64,000 nucleotides of DNA, from the NCBI RefSeq assembly GCF_001194135.2, contig NC_068999.1, forward strand, positions 8,285,410 to 8,349,409, given 5' to 3'. A model generated the notes under the pieces. The model was not told where the DNA came from and made no database searches. It saw only the letters and a program-made list of their open reading frames with translations. The DNA comes from Octopus bimaculoides (Eukaryota). This document shows, in pieces, positions 61,850-64,000 of the stretch. The position numbers were made by a program, and so were the translations under genes. Within the stretch, counting starts at the first letter, position 1. Every line of letters begins with the position of its first letter.

Positions 61850-63019
61850 CATGTGTCTACGGGTCTTGACATCGCATGATAGTTGTGTGTGTTCACCATC
61901 TTGTCAGCTGTATCCTTTCTTTCCAATCTTCTGTGAAAAATATGCCTGGCCATGGGGAAGTAGTATCTCACCTGGAAACAGGTGACAGTTAGTTACAGGA
62001 AGGGTATCCAGTCGTAGGAAATTTGCCACAGTAAATTCCATCTCATCCATGCAAAGGATGGGAAAGCGGACATTAAAATGATGATGATGATGATGATGGC
62101 AGTAATGACCCTTGAAGGACGAATGGTGCAATTGAAACACTGAACAGAATGGGTTTAACTGAATACTGCTAGGCATTTACCATTCAGTTCTGCCATTCCA
62201 CTAACCTACACGCACTCACATGTACATGTACACACGCATACACATGCATGCACACTCATGCATACTCGCACATACACACACTCACATGCACACACATGCA
62301 CATGTACATTCACACACATGCACACACACATACACACTCACACATGCACACACACACACTCACACATACCCATACACACACACTTGTACAGACACATTCA
62401 CACACATACACATACACATGGACACATGAACACGCAGCCACATATGAACACACATACATACACACACACTCACACACACACACGTATGCACACATTGAGG
62501 AATGTGTCTGCTAAATTGCCATAATAAATCTATTTTTAGATATCTGTGATGTAACTCGATAAGCTAGTTAGTTGCAATATAATCCTATATTCTCTTTAAA
62601 GTATGGAAATGGTCAAGATAAGCAGTCTGTGATTACACAATCTGAAGAAATATTCCACTGTTTAATGTCCTTCCATTGCGACCAATTTCTTTGTTGTTAA
62701 TAGGATTGTCAGATGCAGCCGGCTTGGAAAATATTTCCTTTAAGTCTTCAATTCTTTTTGCTGATTGGTCGATTAGTCATCAGAGAAACACCAATAGGAT
62801 ATTAGGAAGTTGTTATATTCAAAAAGCCATGTTCTTGGATGTGTGGTTAAGATGTTTGCTTTCAAACCATGTAGTTTGGGGTTCAACCCCACACTGTGTG
62901 ACACTTTGGGCAACTGTTTTTTTTATTTTTATCATAGTCTTAGATTGACCAAAGCCTTATGTGTGAAACTGAAAGTAGCCTTTGTGTGTGTGTATGTGTG
63001 GTGTATATATATATATATA

Positions 63020-63155
63020 TGGCACAAAGCAAAGCAAGCCTAGCTGTCTACTCAAGAAAACACATAGTAAATGATCCTCAAGCAAACTGAGTCCTCGACT
63101 TGTTGGTTTGCAAAGCACCAGCAGCCCTCAAGAGACACATTCATGTCCATAGTAC
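63020..63155 (+). pseudogene. Possible decayed RTE ORF2 C-terminal zinc-finger remnant
   Basis: ...HKAKQA... then LVCKAPAALKRHIHVH (C-x8-H-x3-H spacing), frameshifted. Confidence 0.35.
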
Positions 63156-64000
63156 TTCGTTAAGGCTTTATTGTACTGAACTCTCATTTGTTGTTCACAA
63201 GAGTGTATAAAGATATATACACAAAGAGAAAACCCATGGTAGGATTTCTTACATGGTAAAAAGGACAGTTAAACCCAAACCGCGTAAAAATAATTCTAAA
63301 GACATGCCAATAAAGCACTAGAATGAAAGGAATTATTTTTAGTTAATCCTAAACTCGAGTTTCCCTATTAATGAGCAAATCAATTAATTTGTCATCCATA
63401 GTTTTCATTAGTGGAATCACTAAAACAATGCATAGTTATGTAGTTAATACGTACCAAAAAACACGTGTGATCTGCATCCTTTTAACATTATGGATTCAAA
63501 TCAAGTGCAGAGGCGCATTCACATAACCAGCAGCAAATAATCAATTTTAAACCATGTGTTTTTTCGATACGTATTAGCTACATAATTACCTTTATACACT
63601 CTTATATATGAAAATATATCGTCTTAGGACTTTTATTACACATGTGAACCACTGGTAATAAATTATTCTTATTTTTTACCCTTATGATTTACATAGTAAA
63701 ACTTCCTAATTCTGAGGCGTATCGTATGCAGTATAAAATTAATTATTTGCTGCTGGTTGTGTGCCTGTGTGCTTGGTTTGAATCCATTATAAGTATGCGG
63801 CTCACATGTGTGTTTTCAGTATGTATTAGCTACATATTTATACATTGTTTTAGCGATTACACTGATGCACTACGGATGACAAGTTAATTTATTTGCTCAT
63901 TAATAGAGAAACTCAAGCATGGAATTAACTAAAGAGAATAATTCCTTTCATTTTAGTGCTTTATCAGCCTGTCTTTAGAATTATTTTTTGTGGTTTGGGT

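Overview
Repeat-saturated animal genomic DNA, very probably an octopus (inferred from the SINE families, the RTE-type LINE 3' ends with (GAT)n tails and the extreme microsatellite density). It has about 23 N-gaps totalling roughly 7 kb. The only secure coding sequence is one 156-nt phase-0/0 exon (10601-10756, +) of a diphosphoinositol-polyphosphate phosphohydrolase (NUDT3/4-like Nudix) gene. The flanking canonical exons are not visible, so most of the window is probably intron. The main discovery is a set of small hammerhead-ribozyme (HHR) retroelements of three unrelated families. (1) A 380-bp insertion (42110-42489) has a 10-bp target-site duplication, a 25-nt terminal redundancy and an internal intact type I minimal HHR, which is the footprint expected from reverse transcription of a 354-nt circular RNA (candidate non-LTR retrozyme). 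(2) A ~580-bp palindrome (3413-3990) consists of two back-to-back units, each a tRNA-like Pol III head, an (AAT)n tract and an HHR. (3) A Penelope-like fragment (11004-11220) carries a CUGUUGA-variant HHR. Other notable items are a pre-miRNA-like hairpin (55016-55068, -), a candidate ATG exon plus 8-nt microexon that would splice in frame to the Nudix exon, a 16-bp minisatellite, a switch-region-like pentamer array and a VNTR in the LINE 3'UTR. All structures were read by eye; no folding or database searches were run.
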